Positions 19,801 through 29,917 of a DNA stretch of 64,000 nucleotides are shown here, in pieces. The position numbers and the translations under genes were made by a program. The stretch's first letter is position 1. Each line of letters opens with the position of its first letter. The notes beneath the pieces were generated by a model. That model saw nothing but the letters and a program-made list of their open reading frames with translations, had not been told where the DNA came from and did no database searches. The stretch covers positions 800,001 to 864,000 of the forward strand of contig OZ251997.1 in NCBI GenBank assembly GCA_965247095.1, read 5' to 3'. Source of the DNA: Candidatus Multivorans sp. (GTDB taxonomy: Bacteria; Acidobacteriota; Thermoanaerobaculia; Multivoradales; Multivoraceae).

Positions 19801-19840
19801 GGACGAAACGGTGAGCGGAAGAAACAGGAGGCTAGAGAGG

Positions 19841-20179
19841 ATGAACGTCCAGGCTGAGAATCTCGACGGGGTTCTTGTGGCGAAAGTCGAGGGTCGCGTC
19901 GACAGTTCGAACTCTCAGGACTTCGAGCGCCAGTTGCAGGCGGCCATCGTCGACGACATCGGGGCCGTTGTGATGGACCTCGGTCAGCTCGCGTATATCA
20001 GCAGTGCCGGTTTGAGGGTCGTCCTTCTGGTGGCCAAGACCCTGGGGCAGCGCAACGTGAGCATCTCTCTCTGCTCGCTCTCCGACCCTGTTCAGTCGGT
20101 CTTCGAGATCAGCGGTTTCAACCGCATCATCCAGATCCACGACACCCAGGCCGACGCCTTAGCCGCTGCTGGAAAGTAG
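19841..20179 (+). CDS. STAS-domain anti-sigma-factor antagonist (RsbV/SpoIIAA-like)
   Basis: GRVDS, YISSAGLRV phospho-Ser motif, VFEISGF. ATG 19841 follows a purine-rich RBS. Confidence 0.88.
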   Translation: MNVQAENLDGVLVAKVEGRVDSSNSQDFERQLQAAIVDDIGAVVMDLGQLAYISSAGLRVVLLVAKTLGQRNVSISLCSLSDPVQSVFEISGFNRIIQIHDTQADALAAAGK

Positions 20180-20198
20180 GTCGGCCCGGCGTCGCCGC

Positions 20199-21395
20199 AT
20201 GTCCGACAGATCGAGTGCCCGCGCCGCACGTTCGGCCAATCCCGACTACATGATCCTGGTCGTCGACGACGAGCCGGACCTGGAGCGTCTCGTCAGGCAG
20301 CGCATGCGCCGGCACATCCGCTCGGGTCGGTACGGCTTCGAGTTCGCCGGCAACGGTCTCGAGGCGCTCGAGAAACTTGCCGAGAACAGGGACATCGACA
20401 TCGTCCTCTCGGACATCAATATGCCGAAGATGGACGGTCTGAGCCTGCTGCAGCAGATCCCGAAGGTCGACCCGGACATCCGTTCCGTCATCGTGTCGGC
20501 ATACGGCGATATGGAGAACATCCGCACGGCGATGAACCGGGGCGCGTTCGATTTCGTCACCAAGCCGATCGACTTCACGGATCTGGAGGTCACGATCGAG
20601 CGGACACTCAAGCACCTGGACGAGTGGCGCGCCGCCCGGGCGTCGCGGGACAAGCTGGTGGCGCTCCAGAACGAGCTGGACGTGGCGAACAAGATCCAGC
20701 AATCGATCCTGCCGGACAAGTTCCCCCACGTCGACGGTTGCGAGGTATACGGCTGCATGCAGGCGGCCCGCAACGTCGGCGGCGACTTCTTCGACGTGAT
20801 CAGGCTCGGCGAGGGCCGCCTCGGGCTCGCAGTCGCCGACGTCTCGGACAAGGGCGTTCCCGCGGCTCTGTTCATGATGTCGAGCCGCACCCTGCTCAAG
20901 GGCGCGGCGGTCGGCGTCGGCGCTCCGGGCCTGGTTCTCGGTGAAGTGAACGATCTGCTGAACGAAGCGAACGACGCAGCGATGTTCGTGACCGTCTTCT
21001 ACGGCGTGTACGACCCCTCGACCAGGGTGCTGACGTTCTCCAACGGAGGCCACAACCCTCCTCTCGTGGTTCACGGCGACGGCAGCTCCGAGGAGCTCGA
21101 ACTGACCGGCGGTATTGCCCTGGGGGCGATCCCGGAATGCGAGTACGGCCAGGCCAGCGTTCAACTCAGGCCGGGCGACATGGTCGTTTTCTTCACCGAC
21201 GGTGTGACCGAGGCGATCAATATCCTGAACGAGGAGTTCGGCCTGAAAGCCGTACAGGGGTTGTTCAAGGACGGCAAGACCCGGAGTGCCCGGGAGGCCG
21301 CGGAGATGATCCTGCAGGCGGTGCGCGACTTCGCCGGCGAGGCACCGCAGTTCGACGACCTGACCTGCCTGACCCTGCGGGTTGCTGACGAATGA
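20199..21395 (+). CDS. Response regulator with PP2C/SpoIIE phosphatase output (RsbU-like)
   Basis: REC domain (VVDDE, DINMP, KP), then VGGDFFD, ADVSDKG, FTDGVTE and DDLT. Confidence 0.92.
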   Translation: MSDRSSARAARSANPDYMILVVDDEPDLERLVRQRMRRHIRSGRYGFEFAGNGLEALEKLAENRDIDIVLSDINMPKMDGLSLLQQIPKVDPDIRSVIVSAYGDMENIRTAMNRGAFDFVTKPIDFTDLEVTIERTLKHLDEWRAARASRDKLVALQNELDVANKIQQSILPDKFPHVDGCEVYGCMQAARNVGGDFFDVIRLGEGRLGLAVADVSDKGVPAALFMMSSRTLLKGAAVGVGAPGLVLGEVNDLLNEANDAAMFVTVFYGVYDPSTRVLTFSNGGHNPPLVVHGDGSSEELELTGGIALGAIPECEYGQASVQLRPGDMVVFFTDGVTEAINILNEEFGLKAVQGLFKDGKTRSAREAAEMILQAVRDFAGEAPQFDDLTCLTLRVADE

Positions 21396-21484
21396 GCGCT
21401 AATCCGCATATCTCACCTGGGTCCTGCTGCACCGGGGATCCGCTCGCGGCGCCTCCACGCCCTCGCTACCGAGGTTGCTGAGAT

Positions 21485-21904
21485 ATGCGGACTACCCGCA
21501 CACTGCGTGTTCCGAACCGGATCGAGGAGCTTCCGGCCGTCTCGGAGGCTGTGGAAGCGCTTGGCCAGGAGGAAGACTGGGCCCCGGATGTGTCGTACGC
21601 CATCGTCCTGGCGCTCGAGGAGGTGGCGACGAATGTCGTTCGTCACGGTGGTGGCGAGGAAGGGACCAGCGAGATCGAGATCGAGGTCATCTCGACGGAC
21701 GAGGAAGTCCGGGTCGAGGTTCGCGACAGCGGCAAGCCGTTCGACCCGTTCCACGACGCTCCCGAGCCGGATATCGACGCGGCGCTCGAGGACCGGACGA
21801 TCGGCGGTCTCGGTGTCCACTTCATGCGTGTGCTGATGGATGTGGCGTCCTACCGGCGTGAGGACGGCCGTAACCACGTGACGATGGTCAAGCGCCGGGG
21901 TTGA
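21485..21904 (+). CDS. Anti-sigma factor Ser/Thr kinase (RsbW-like HATPase)
   Basis: LEEVATNVVRH, DSGKPFDP, GGLGVHF. Confidence 0.9.
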   Translation: MRTTRTLRVPNRIEELPAVSEAVEALGQEEDWAPDVSYAIVLALEEVATNVVRHGGGEEGTSEIEIEVISTDEEVRVEVRDSGKPFDPFHDAPEPDIDAALEDRTIGGLGVHFMRVLMDVASYRREDGRNHVTMVKRRG

Positions 21905-21919
21905 GTCCTGCGGCGACCG

Positions 21920-23110
21920 ATGCGCGTCCGTGCACAGGTGGCCCTGACTGCAGCGGCCTGCGCCGCGACGGTCGTTCTCGGCTCGGCCCCGGTCGGGGCA
22001 CAGCCGGAAGAGGTTCCGGGCGTATCTTCTGAGCGCGTCCTGTTCGGTCAGTCGGCCGCCTTCAGCGGCCCCGCCGCCGAGCTGGGCAGGGGAATGCGGC
22101 TCGGCATCGAGGCGGCGTTCAAGGAGGCGAACGATTCCGGTGGTGTGCACGGCCGCATGCTGGAACTGCTGTCGCGTGACGACCGCTACGAGCCGGAGGA
22201 CGCGATCGAGAACACGCGCCGGCTGATCGAGGAGGATGCGGTGTTCGCGCTCGTCGGCGGCGTCGGCACGCCGACCTCCCGCTCCGCGGTGCCGGTGGCG
22301 AGGGATGCAGGAGTGCCCTACGTCGCTCCCTTCACCGGAGCGGGCTTCCTGCGCGATGAGCCGCACGTGATCAACCTCCGTGCTTCCTACGCCCAGGAAA
22401 CGGAGGAGATGGTCGAACGCCTGACCAGGGACCTCGGCATCACGCGCATCGCGGTCGTGATTCAGAACGATTCCTTCGGTCGCGCCGGCCTCGCCGGCGT
22501 CCGGGCCGCGTTCGAGAAGCGTGGCATGGAGGCGGTCTCGATCGGCGTCTATCCCCGCAATACAACAGCCGTCAAAACGGCGCTGGTCGACATCGAAGTG
22601 GGTCAGCCGGAGGCGGTGATCATGGTGGGCGCCTACCAACCGGTCGCCAGCCTGATCGCCTGGGCTCGGCATATCGGCCTCGACCCCGTGTTCATGACGT
22701 TGTCCTTCGTCGGCAGCAACGCTCTGGCGGAGGAGCTGGGCCCCGCCGGCGCCGGCGTCTATGTCACCCAGGTCGTGCCGTTCCCGACCGCTGGCAGCCC
22801 GAGAATCGCCGCCGCCTACCGGCGCGCGCTACGGGCTCATTCCGCCGGGGCGGAACCCGGCTTCGTCTCCTTTGAGGGCTACCTGGCGGGACGCCTCGTG
22901 GTCGAGACGCTCGAGCGCTGTGGGCCGGAAATCGACCGCGATCGCTTTGTGCAGGCTCTGCGTGACGCGGGCTACATCGACCTCGACGGCTTTCGGCTCG
23001 CGTTCGGCGAGCAGGACAACCAGGGATCGGATGCCGTCTTTCTGACCGTGATCGACGAACAGGGGCGATATCGACCTGCGACTCGTCTCGGGGCTCAGGC
23101 GAAGCAATGA
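21920..23110 (+). CDS. Periplasmic binding protein (LivJ-like, type 1)
   Basis: Signal peptide, GQSAAFSGPAA, DDRYEP, VGTPTS, NLRASY, SFEGY. No permease nearby; overlaps the kinase start. Confidence 0.88.
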   Translation: MRVRAQVALTAAACAATVVLGSAPVGAQPEEVPGVSSERVLFGQSAAFSGPAAELGRGMRLGIEAAFKEANDSGGVHGRMLELLSRDDRYEPEDAIENTRRLIEEDAVFALVGGVGTPTSRSAVPVARDAGVPYVAPFTGAGFLRDEPHVINLRASYAQETEEMVERLTRDLGITRIAVVIQNDSFGRAGLAGVRAAFEKRGMEAVSIGVYPRNTTAVKTALVDIEVGQPEAVIMVGAYQPVASLIAWARHIGLDPVFMTLSFVGSNALAEELGPAGAGVYVTQVVPFPTAGSPRIAAAYRRALRAHSAGAEPGFVSFEGYLAGRLVVETLERCGPEIDRDRFVQALRDAGYIDLDGFRLAFGEQDNQGSDAVFLTVIDEQGRYRPATRLGAQAKQ

Positions 23111-25272
23111 TCGCCTGGTTTAGCAGGCTGGCTGAGGGCCGGTTCAGGATCGCTACCCAGCTTTACGTTGGCATCGGTGGCGCGGCCGTGCTGACTCTGG
23201 CGGCCAGTCTGGTGGCCCTGTTCGCTTTCGCTCAGGTGGGCGATTCGCAAAGCCGGGTCAACGAAGGCACCGTGCCCGAACTCGCGGCCGCGTTCGGCGT
23301 CGCCCGCGGCAGCGGAACGCTGGTCGCCGCGGGTCCGCGATTGACGGCCTCGGCGACGCAGGGGGAACTGGACCGTGCCGCGGTCGAGATCGCGCCCGCC
23401 CGGCGGGCCTTCGAGGACGAGCTCGAGCTGCTCATGAGCCAGGAAGCAGGCGGGGATGATTCGCTCCGCGACGAGACCAGGTTCGTAAGCATCCAGGCGC
23501 GTGGCGGGGAGTTGATCGGGAACATCGAGGCCATTCAGCAGTCGGTCTCCGAGGGCTTCGAGCTGGGCAACGCGAGCGAAGCGCTGCGTTCCGAACTCTC
23601 GCTGCTCAGGGACGAGATCGCGGCGCTCCTGGTCCCCGCTCTCGACAACCAGCTCTTCTATGCGATGACCGGCTACCGATCCTTCCGCGAGCCGCCCGCG
23701 CCCCGTGACGTCCACTTCTCCGAGCCCGAGATCGACCGTTATCGCGTGCTCGTTGGCTTGCAGCAGGACATCACGATCGTCGATCAGCTTCTGGCCAGCC
23801 TCGCGGTACTCGCGGATCGGGCGAAGATCGAGCCCGTCGAGGAGCAGTACGAGTCGGCCGCGACGAGCATTGAGCGCGCCCTCAGCGCGGTGGACGAGAC
23901 GGAGACCTCGGATCGGCTGAAGGAGCTTTTCGGGCAGATGCTGGCGAGGAGCCGAGCCGCCTTCGACCTGAGAAGGGAGGAGGTCGGCGTGATGGATCGG
24001 CAGCAGGAACTTCTGCTGGAGAACCAGGACCTCGCCCTGGGTCTGGGCCAGGACGTGAAGGACCTCGTCGAGGATTCCCGTTCTCGCGCTGGCGTGGCGA
24101 CCCTCGCTTCGTCGCAGGCGATCCAGACCGGTCGCGCCCTGCTGCTGGCGCTCAACATCGTCAGCATCGCCGGCGCCGTGTTCATCGCCTGGCTGTTCGT
24201 CGGCCGTCTGCTCGTGCGCCGCTTCCAGGCTCTCTCCAGCAGCATGCGCGAGATGGCCGACGGCAACCTGGAAGCGGAGATCGGTATTGGCGGCAACGAC
24301 GAGGTCGCGGACATGGCGGCGGCCCTGGAGGTCTTCCGCCGGCACGCGCTGGAGGTGCAGCGGTTGAACCTGGTCGAGAAGCTGGCCGGTGAGCTGAAGG
24401 AGAAGAACGACGAGCTGGAGGTTGTGCTGGCCGACCTGCAGAAGGCGCAGGATCAGATCGTGATGCGCGAGAAGCTCGCCGCGTTGGGCGAGTTGACGGC
24501 CGGCGTCGCCCACGAAATCAAGAATCCCCTGAACTTCGTCAAGAACTTCTCGGAGGTCTCCGCGGAACTGCTCGAGGAGGTCGAGGAGATCATGAAGGAG
24601 AACGGGGACGGCAGCCTGACCGAAGACCAGCGGGAGGAGATCGCGGAGATCTTCGAGGACCTGAGCGGCAACCTGAAGCTGATCCTGGGGCACGGCGAGC
24701 GGGCGAACCGGATCGTCACCGACATGTTGAAGATGGGCCGCGGCGCCGCACAGCGAGAACTTGCCGATATCAACCGCCTGGTCGACGAGCATGTGGCCCT
24801 TGCGTACCACAGCGCGCGGGCGACGGACCCGAACTTCAACGTCACGATCGAGAAGGACTACGACCCGGACCTGGGGAACCTGGAGGTCGTGTCGCAGGAT
24901 GTGGGCCGGGTGTTCCTCAACCTGGTCAGCAACGCCTGCTACGCCACCGACGAGAGGCGGCGCTCGGCCGACGAGTCGTATGAACCCACCCTCACGGTGA
25001 CGACGAGAAAGATGGACGACGGCGTCGAGGTGCGGATCCGCGACAACGGCAGCGGAATTCCCCCGGATGTCGTGGACAAGATCTTCAATCCCTTCTTCAC
25101 CACCAAGCCGACCGACCAGGGGACGGGTCTGGGCCTCGCGCTTTCGGCCGACATCGTCCGCGAGCACGGCGGCACGATCCGGGTGTTCACGGCGCCCGGC
25201 GAGTTCACGGAGATGATCGTGGAGCTGTCCGCGGCCCCGCCGGACTTCGACGCGCTGCTGCCCCCTTCGTAG
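23107..25272 (+). CDS. Membrane sensor histidine kinase (helical periplasmic sensor, HAMP, HisKA, HATPase)
   Basis: Two TM helices, HAMP, AHEIKNPLN H-box, NLVSNA, DNGSGI, FNPFFTTK, GTGLGL. Confidence 0.92.
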   Translation: MIAWFSRLAEGRFRIATQLYVGIGGAAVLTLAASLVALFAFAQVGDSQSRVNEGTVPELAAAFGVARGSGTLVAAGPRLTASATQGELDRAAVEIAPARRAFEDELELLMSQEAGGDDSLRDETRFVSIQARGGELIGNIEAIQQSVSEGFELGNASEALRSELSLLRDEIAALLVPALDNQLFYAMTGYRSFREPPAPRDVHFSEPEIDRYRVLVGLQQDITIVDQLLASLAVLADRAKIEPVEEQYESAATSIERALSAVDETETSDRLKELFGQMLARSRAAFDLRREEVGVMDRQQELLLENQDLALGLGQDVKDLVEDSRSRAGVATLASSQAIQTGRALLLALNIVSIAGAVFIAWLFVGRLLVRRFQALSSSMREMADGNLEAEIGIGGNDEVADMAAALEVFRRHALEVQRLNLVEKLAGELKEKNDELEVVLADLQKAQDQIVMREKLAALGELTAGVAHEIKNPLNFVKNFSEVSAELLEEVEEIMKENGDGSLTEDQREEIAEIFEDLSGNLKLILGHGERANRIVTDMLKMGRGAAQRELADINRLVDEHVALAYHSARATDPNFNVTIEKDYDPDLGNLEVVSQDVGRVFLNLVSNACYATDERRRSADESYEPTLTVTTRKMDDGVEVRIRDNGSGIPPDVVDKIFNPFFTTKPTDQGTGLGLALSADIVREHGGTIRVFTAPGEFTEMIVELSAAPPDFDALLPPS

Positions 25273-25369
25273 GGCCGGGTCTTAGCCGCTGCGACGGGAT
25301 AGCATCGCCGACGGTCCACGCCACCGCCCGTCGGCGGACGATTTTGGCGGACGGGGGGCTTGAAGCCGC

Positions 25370-26119
25370 ATGTACGCCGCTATCCCGACACAGGCACCAA
25401 CCGAATCGATGCACCCCGGTTCGGTCTTCGGTATGCGCGGCGTGACCAAGGTATACGTGATGGGCGAGGTCGAGGTGCATGCCTTGCGCGGGGTCGACCT
25501 GGACCTGCACGAGGGTGAGTTCACGGTCCTGCTCGGGCCGTCCGGTAGCGGCAAGTCAACGCTGCTGAACATTCTGGGCGGCCTGGATGCCGCGACAGCC
25601 GGTCGGGTGACCTACCGCGGCGGGGACCTGAGCAAGGCCGGAGAACGCGCGCTCACCCGCTACCGGCGCCGTCATGTCGGCTTCGTGTTCCAGTTCTACA
25701 ACCTGATCCCGTCGCTGACCGCGCGCGAGAACGTGGCGCTCGTGACCGAGATTGCGGCCGACCCATTGACCCCGGAGGACGCCCTGGCCCTGGTCGGCCT
25801 GGGACATCGGCTCGACCATTTCCCCTCCCAGATGTCCGGCGGCGAGCAGCAGCGGGTGGCGATCGCTCGCGCGATCGCCAAGCGTCCGGACGTCCTCCTG
25901 TGCGACGAGCCCACCGGCGCCCTCGACATCAGTACCGGCATCGCGGTCCTCGAGGCGATCGAGAAGGTGAACGTCGACCTGGGAACGACGACGGCGGTGA
26001 TCACGCACAACGCGGCGATCTCGGCGATGGCGGACCGGGTCATCTCACTTGCCGACGGTCGGATCGCGAACGACGTTCACAACTCCACCAAGCTGCCGGC
26101 GGCGGCGATCGTGTGGTAG
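25370..26119 (+). CDS. ABC exporter ATP-binding protein (MacB/LolD-type)
   Basis: [36 protein letters not shown]. Start uncertain (25370-25433). Confidence 0.92.
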   Translation: MYAAIPTQAPTESMHPGSVFGMRGVTKVYVMGEVEVHALRGVDLDLHEGEFTVLLGPSGSGKSTLLNILGGLDAATAGRVTYRGGDLSKAGERALTRYRRRHVGFVFQFYNLIPSLTARENVALVTEIAADPLTPEDALALVGLGHRLDHFPSQMSGGEQQRVAIARAIAKRPDVLLCDEPTGALDISTGIAVLEAIEKVNVDLGTTTAVITHNAAISAMADRVISLADGRIANDVHNSTKLPAAAIVW

Positions 26120-26150
26120 GGCGGAGCAGGGTGTATTCCGAAGCCGGCCC

Positions 26151-28520
26151 ATGAAAGCACTTGACCGCAAGCTGCTGCGCGACCTGTGGAACGTGCGTTC
26201 CCAGGTGCTGGCGATCGCGCTGGTTGTGGCCTCGGGCATCGCTCTGCTGGTCATGTCGCTCGGCGTATTCGGCTCGCTGACCACGACCCGGGCGGCGTAC
26301 TACGCCCGCTACGCCTTCGCGGACGTGTTTGCCGGCGCCAAGCGGGCGCCGAACTGGGTCGAGCAGCGGATCGAGGCGATCCCCGGGGTGGAGAAGGTGC
26401 AGACGCGGGTGGTCGTGGGCGTCACGCTGGATGTGCCCGGCGTCGCCGAACCGATCAACGGACGGTTGATCTCCATGCCCGAGCGGGGTCGTCCGGTTCT
26501 CAATGACGTCGTCCTGCGCCGCGGCCGTTGGCTCGATCCGGACCGGGCGGAGGAGGCCCTGGTCAGCGAGCGCTTCGCCGAGGCCCACAGCCTCGAGCTG
26601 GGCGATCGGGTCGCGGCGGTGATCAACGGCCGCCGGCAGCCGCTCGAGGTCGTCGGCATCGCGCTCAGCCCGGAGTTCATCTACAACATCGGTCCCGGCG
26701 AGTTCTTCCCCGATCCGAAGCACTTCGGCCTGTTGTGGATGTCCCGGCGGCATCTGGCGACCGCGTTCGAGATGGAGGGCGGGTTCAACGATGTCGCGCT
26801 GGCGCTGACCAGCTCGTCGCCGAGTGCCGAGCGGGCGGCGATCACCGAACTCGACCGCATTCTCGACACCTACGGCGGTCTGGGCGCGATCCCGCGGTCG
26901 GAACAGCTCTCGCACTGGTATCTGCAGAACGAGTTGACCCAACTGCAGAACATGGCGGTCATCGTGCCGCTGATCTTCCTGGGCGTGGCCGCCTTCCTGC
27001 TCAACGTGGTCCTCCGGCGGACGGTCGCCGTGCAGCGGGAGCAGATCGCGGCGCTCAAGGCGCTCGGCTACTCGAACGGCCGTCTCGGGCTGCACTACGT
27101 GCAGTGGGCCATGGCTGTCGTGTCGGTCGGGTCGATTGTCGGGATCGTGGCCGGCCTGTTGCTCGCGAACGGCATGCTGGGCTTCTACATGGAGTACTTC
27201 CGGTTCCCGTTCCTGGTCTACGAGGTGTCGGCGCCGAGCATCCTGATCGCCATCGCGGTCAGTTTCGCTTCGGCCGCGGTCGGCGCGATCGGCGCCGTAC
27301 GCAGCGTCGCCTCGCTGCCGCCCGCCGAAGCGATGCGCCCGGCGGCGCCGGAGAGCTTCAGGGTATCGCTGTTCGAGCGGCTGGGCGCCAAGAGGTGGCT
27401 CTCACAACCGGCTCGCATGGTGCTCCGCAACCTGTCGCGCCGGCCGCTGCGCGCGGCTCTGTCCATCGTCGGCATCGCCTCCGCCGGCGCGATCATGGTG
27501 GTCGGCAGCGCGATGATGGACTCGATCGACGAACTGCTCGAGGTGCAGTTCAACATCATCCAGCGCCAGGACCTGTCGGTGAGCTTCTTCGAGCCGGTCG
27601 AACGGAGCGCGGTGCACGAGCTTGCGGCTCTCTCCGGCGTGATGCAGGTGGAGCCGACCAGCGGAGTCGCGGCCCGGCTGCGCAACGGCCACCTGCAGAA
27701 GCAGACCGCGATCCAGGCTCTCGCCCCCGACGCCAGATTGCGGCGCGTGGTCGATGTCGACTACCGCGCCATTCAGCTCGACCGGCCGGGCCTGGTCCTG
27801 TCCACGCTGCTTGCCGACCAGTTGCGGGTCGAGCCGGGCGACACGCTCGTGGTCGAGGTCATGGAGGCGGCCCGGCCCGTGCGCGAAGTCGTACTGACCG
27901 ACACCGTGGACGATCTGCTCGGAGTCGCCGCCTACATGGAACAGGAGTCGCTGCGGCGGCTGGTGCGGCGCGACGACACGATCAACGGCGCGATGCTGAA
28001 GATCGACGGCCTGGCAGAGGAACGGCTGTTCGCGCTGCTCAAGGCGATGCCGGCAGTGGCCGGCGTGACCCTGCGGAGCGCCGCGCTCGAGAACATCCAG
28101 ACCTACATGGTCGACAACATGTCGATGGTCATGGGAGTCAACCTGCTCTTCGCGGTGATCATCGCCTTCGGCGTGATCTACAACACCGCCCGCATCTCCC
28201 TGTCCGAGACCAGCCGCGAACTCGCCAGCCTGCGGGTGATCGGCTTCACCCGCGCCGAGATCTCCTCGATCCTGCTGGGCGAGCTCGCCATCCTGACGCT
28301 GGCGTCGATTCCGCTCGGGCTGATCCTGGGATACGCCACGATCACCGGCGCGATGAGCGCGTTTGAGAGCGAGCTGTTCCGACTGCCCGTGGTGGTCGAG
28401 GCGAGGACGTTTCTGATTTCGGCAGCGACAGTTCTCGGGTCGATGGCCATCTCGGCCTGGACGGTCCGGCGTAAGCTCCACGACCTTGATCTGGTCGCGG
28501 TGTTGAAGACCCGCGAGTAA
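26151..28520 (+). CDS. ABC exporter permease with duplicated MacB/FtsX domains
   Basis: MKALDRKLLRDL start; IAALKALGY and LASLRVIGF repeats; two TM clusters. Confidence 0.9.
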   Translation: MKALDRKLLRDLWNVRSQVLAIALVVASGIALLVMSLGVFGSLTTTRAAYYARYAFADVFAGAKRAPNWVEQRIEAIPGVEKVQTRVVVGVTLDVPGVAEPINGRLISMPERGRPVLNDVVLRRGRWLDPDRAEEALVSERFAEAHSLELGDRVAAVINGRRQPLEVVGIALSPEFIYNIGPGEFFPDPKHFGLLWMSRRHLATAFEMEGGFNDVALALTSSSPSAERAAITELDRILDTYGGLGAIPRSEQLSHWYLQNELTQLQNMAVIVPLIFLGVAAFLLNVVLRRTVAVQREQIAALKALGYSNGRLGLHYVQWAMAVVSVGSIVGIVAGLLLANGMLGFYMEYFRFPFLVYEVSAPSILIAIAVSFASAAVGAIGAVRSVASLPPAEAMRPAAPESFRVSLFERLGAKRWLSQPARMVLRNLSRRPLRAALSIVGIASAGAIMVVGSAMMDSIDELLEVQFNIIQRQDLSVSFFEPVERSAVHELAALSGVMQVEPTSGVAARLRNGHLQKQTAIQALAPDARLRRVVDVDYRAIQLDRPGLVLSTLLADQLRVEPGDTLVVEVMEAARPVREVVLTDTVDDLLGVAAYMEQESLRRLVRRDDTINGAMLKIDGLAEERLFALLKAMPAVAGVTLRSAALENIQTYMVDNMSMVMGVNLLFAVIIAFGVIYNTARISLSETSRELASLRVIGFTRAEISSILLGELAILTLASIPLGLILGYATITGAMSAFESELFRLPVVVEARTFLISAATVLGSMAISAWTVRRKLHDLDLVAVLKTRE

Positions 28521-28544
28521 GACGAACCTGAGGACGATGAAGCG

Positions 28545-29744
28545 ATGAAGACACGGCGCTGGGCGCTCTGGATCGTGGGGGCGATTGTGGTTGCCGCCGC
28601 GGTGTTCCTTGGCACGCGGCCGCAGCCGGTGCCGGCGCAGGTGTCCCAGGTGACCCGCGGGCCGATCGAGGTGACGATCGACGAGGAGGGCGAGACCAGG
28701 GTCCGGGACCGCTTCGTCGTCTCGGCGCCGCTTGGCGGCCGGGTGCTGCGGATCGAGCTGGAGCCGGGAGATTCGGTGGTTGCGGGCGAGACGGTACTGG
28801 CCGTGTTCCTGCCCTCGACGCCGGTGATGCTGGACGCCCGCAGCCGGGCCGAAGCGCAGGCCGCGGTGGAGACCGCGCTCGCGACCGTGGGCGAGGCCGA
28901 GGCGCACTACGAACGAGCCGCGGCGGAACTGGCCTTCTCACGTGCTGAAGTCGAGCGCTACCGGCGGCTGACGCGGGACGGGATCATCTCTGTGGCGCAG
29001 ATGGAGACCGCCCAACTCGACCAGGACACCCGCCAGGAGGCGCTGGAGGCGGCCGAGTACGCGGTGCGCACGGCGCTCAGCCAACTGCAGGCGGCCCGCG
29101 TGCGGCTGCTGCACTCCAGCGGGCAGAGCGCTGCCGCCGACGGCGAGACGATCGAGATCACATCGCCGGTTTCCGGCGTCGTGCTGCGTCGTCTGCGCGA
29201 GAGCGAGTCCATCGTGCCGGCCGGCGAGGCCCTGATCGAGGTCGGCGACCCGGAACAGATCGAGGTGGTCACCGACTACCTGTCGAAGGACGCGGTGCGC
29301 ATCCGGCCGGGCCAGCAGGTCCTCATCGATCGCTGGGGCGGCGACCGTCCGCTGCAGGGGCGGGTGCGGCGGGTGGAGCCCTCGGGCTTCACGAAGATCT
29401 CGGCGCTCGGCGTCGAGGAGCAGCGCGTCAACGTGGTGATGGACATCACCGATCCGCCGGAAGTCTGGGCCGGGCTCGGCGATGGGTTCCGCGTCGAGAC
29501 CCGGGTCGTTGTCTGGGAGAGCGAGGACGAGTTGAAGACCCCGACCGGCGCCCTGTTCCGGCGCGGCAACGACTGGGCGGTGTTCGTGGTCGAGAACGGC
29601 ACGGCGGCGCTCAAGCCGATCGAGGTCGGCGAGCGCAATCCGCGGGAGGCTCAGGTGCTGTCAGGCCTGGCCCCGGGCCAGCAGGTCGTCGTCTATCCGA
29701 GTGACAGTCTGAGCGACGGCTCGCCGGTCGCGGCCGAACTCTGA
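28545..29744 (+). CDS. Periplasmic adaptor (HlyD/MacA-like membrane fusion protein)
   Basis: N-terminal TM helix, lipoyl halves (VSAPLGG, ITSPVSG), coiled coil, FTKISALGVEEQRV. Confidence 0.9.
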   Translation: MKTRRWALWIVGAIVVAAAVFLGTRPQPVPAQVSQVTRGPIEVTIDEEGETRVRDRFVVSAPLGGRVLRIELEPGDSVVAGETVLAVFLPSTPVMLDARSRAEAQAAVETALATVGEAEAHYERAAAELAFSRAEVERYRRLTRDGIISVAQMETAQLDQDTRQEALEAAEYAVRTALSQLQAARVRLLHSSGQSAAADGETIEITSPVSGVVLRRLRESESIVPAGEALIEVGDPEQIEVVTDYLSKDAVRIRPGQQVLIDRWGGDRPLQGRVRRVEPSGFTKISALGVEEQRVNVVMDITDPPEVWAGLGDGFRVETRVVVWESEDELKTPTGALFRRGNDWAVFVVENGTAALKPIEVGERNPREAQVLSGLAPGQQVVVYPSDSLSDGSPVAAEL

Positions 29745-29760
29745 CGCCGGCGCCTCCGTG

Positions 29761-29915
29761 CCTGGGAACGCGGGCATCCTTGCCCGCACTCTGCCGCGCA
29801 GGGAACGACGGACGTCCGGATGCGGGCAGGATGCCCGCGTGTCATCCATGCGCCCGATGACGAGCGCATGGAGTGGTTCACGGGTGGCGCGGATCGCGCC
29901 ACCCGGGTTCCCAGG
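29761..29915. repeat. REP-like doublet (REPIN-like) with a 68-bp double-hairpin insert
   Basis: CCTGGGAACGCGGGCATCCTTGCCCGC...GCGGGCAGGATGCCCGCGT[insert]TCCCAGG with inverted termini; between convergent genes; near-identical to 61148-61247. Confidence 0.85.
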
Positions 29916-29917
29916 TC

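Noticed and set aside
19169-20179. 336-aa ORF as a real transglutaminase-STAS fusion protein
   Set aside because: The N-terminal part is out-of-frame junk, the catalytic Cys is absent, and STAS has its own RBS and ATG at 19841.
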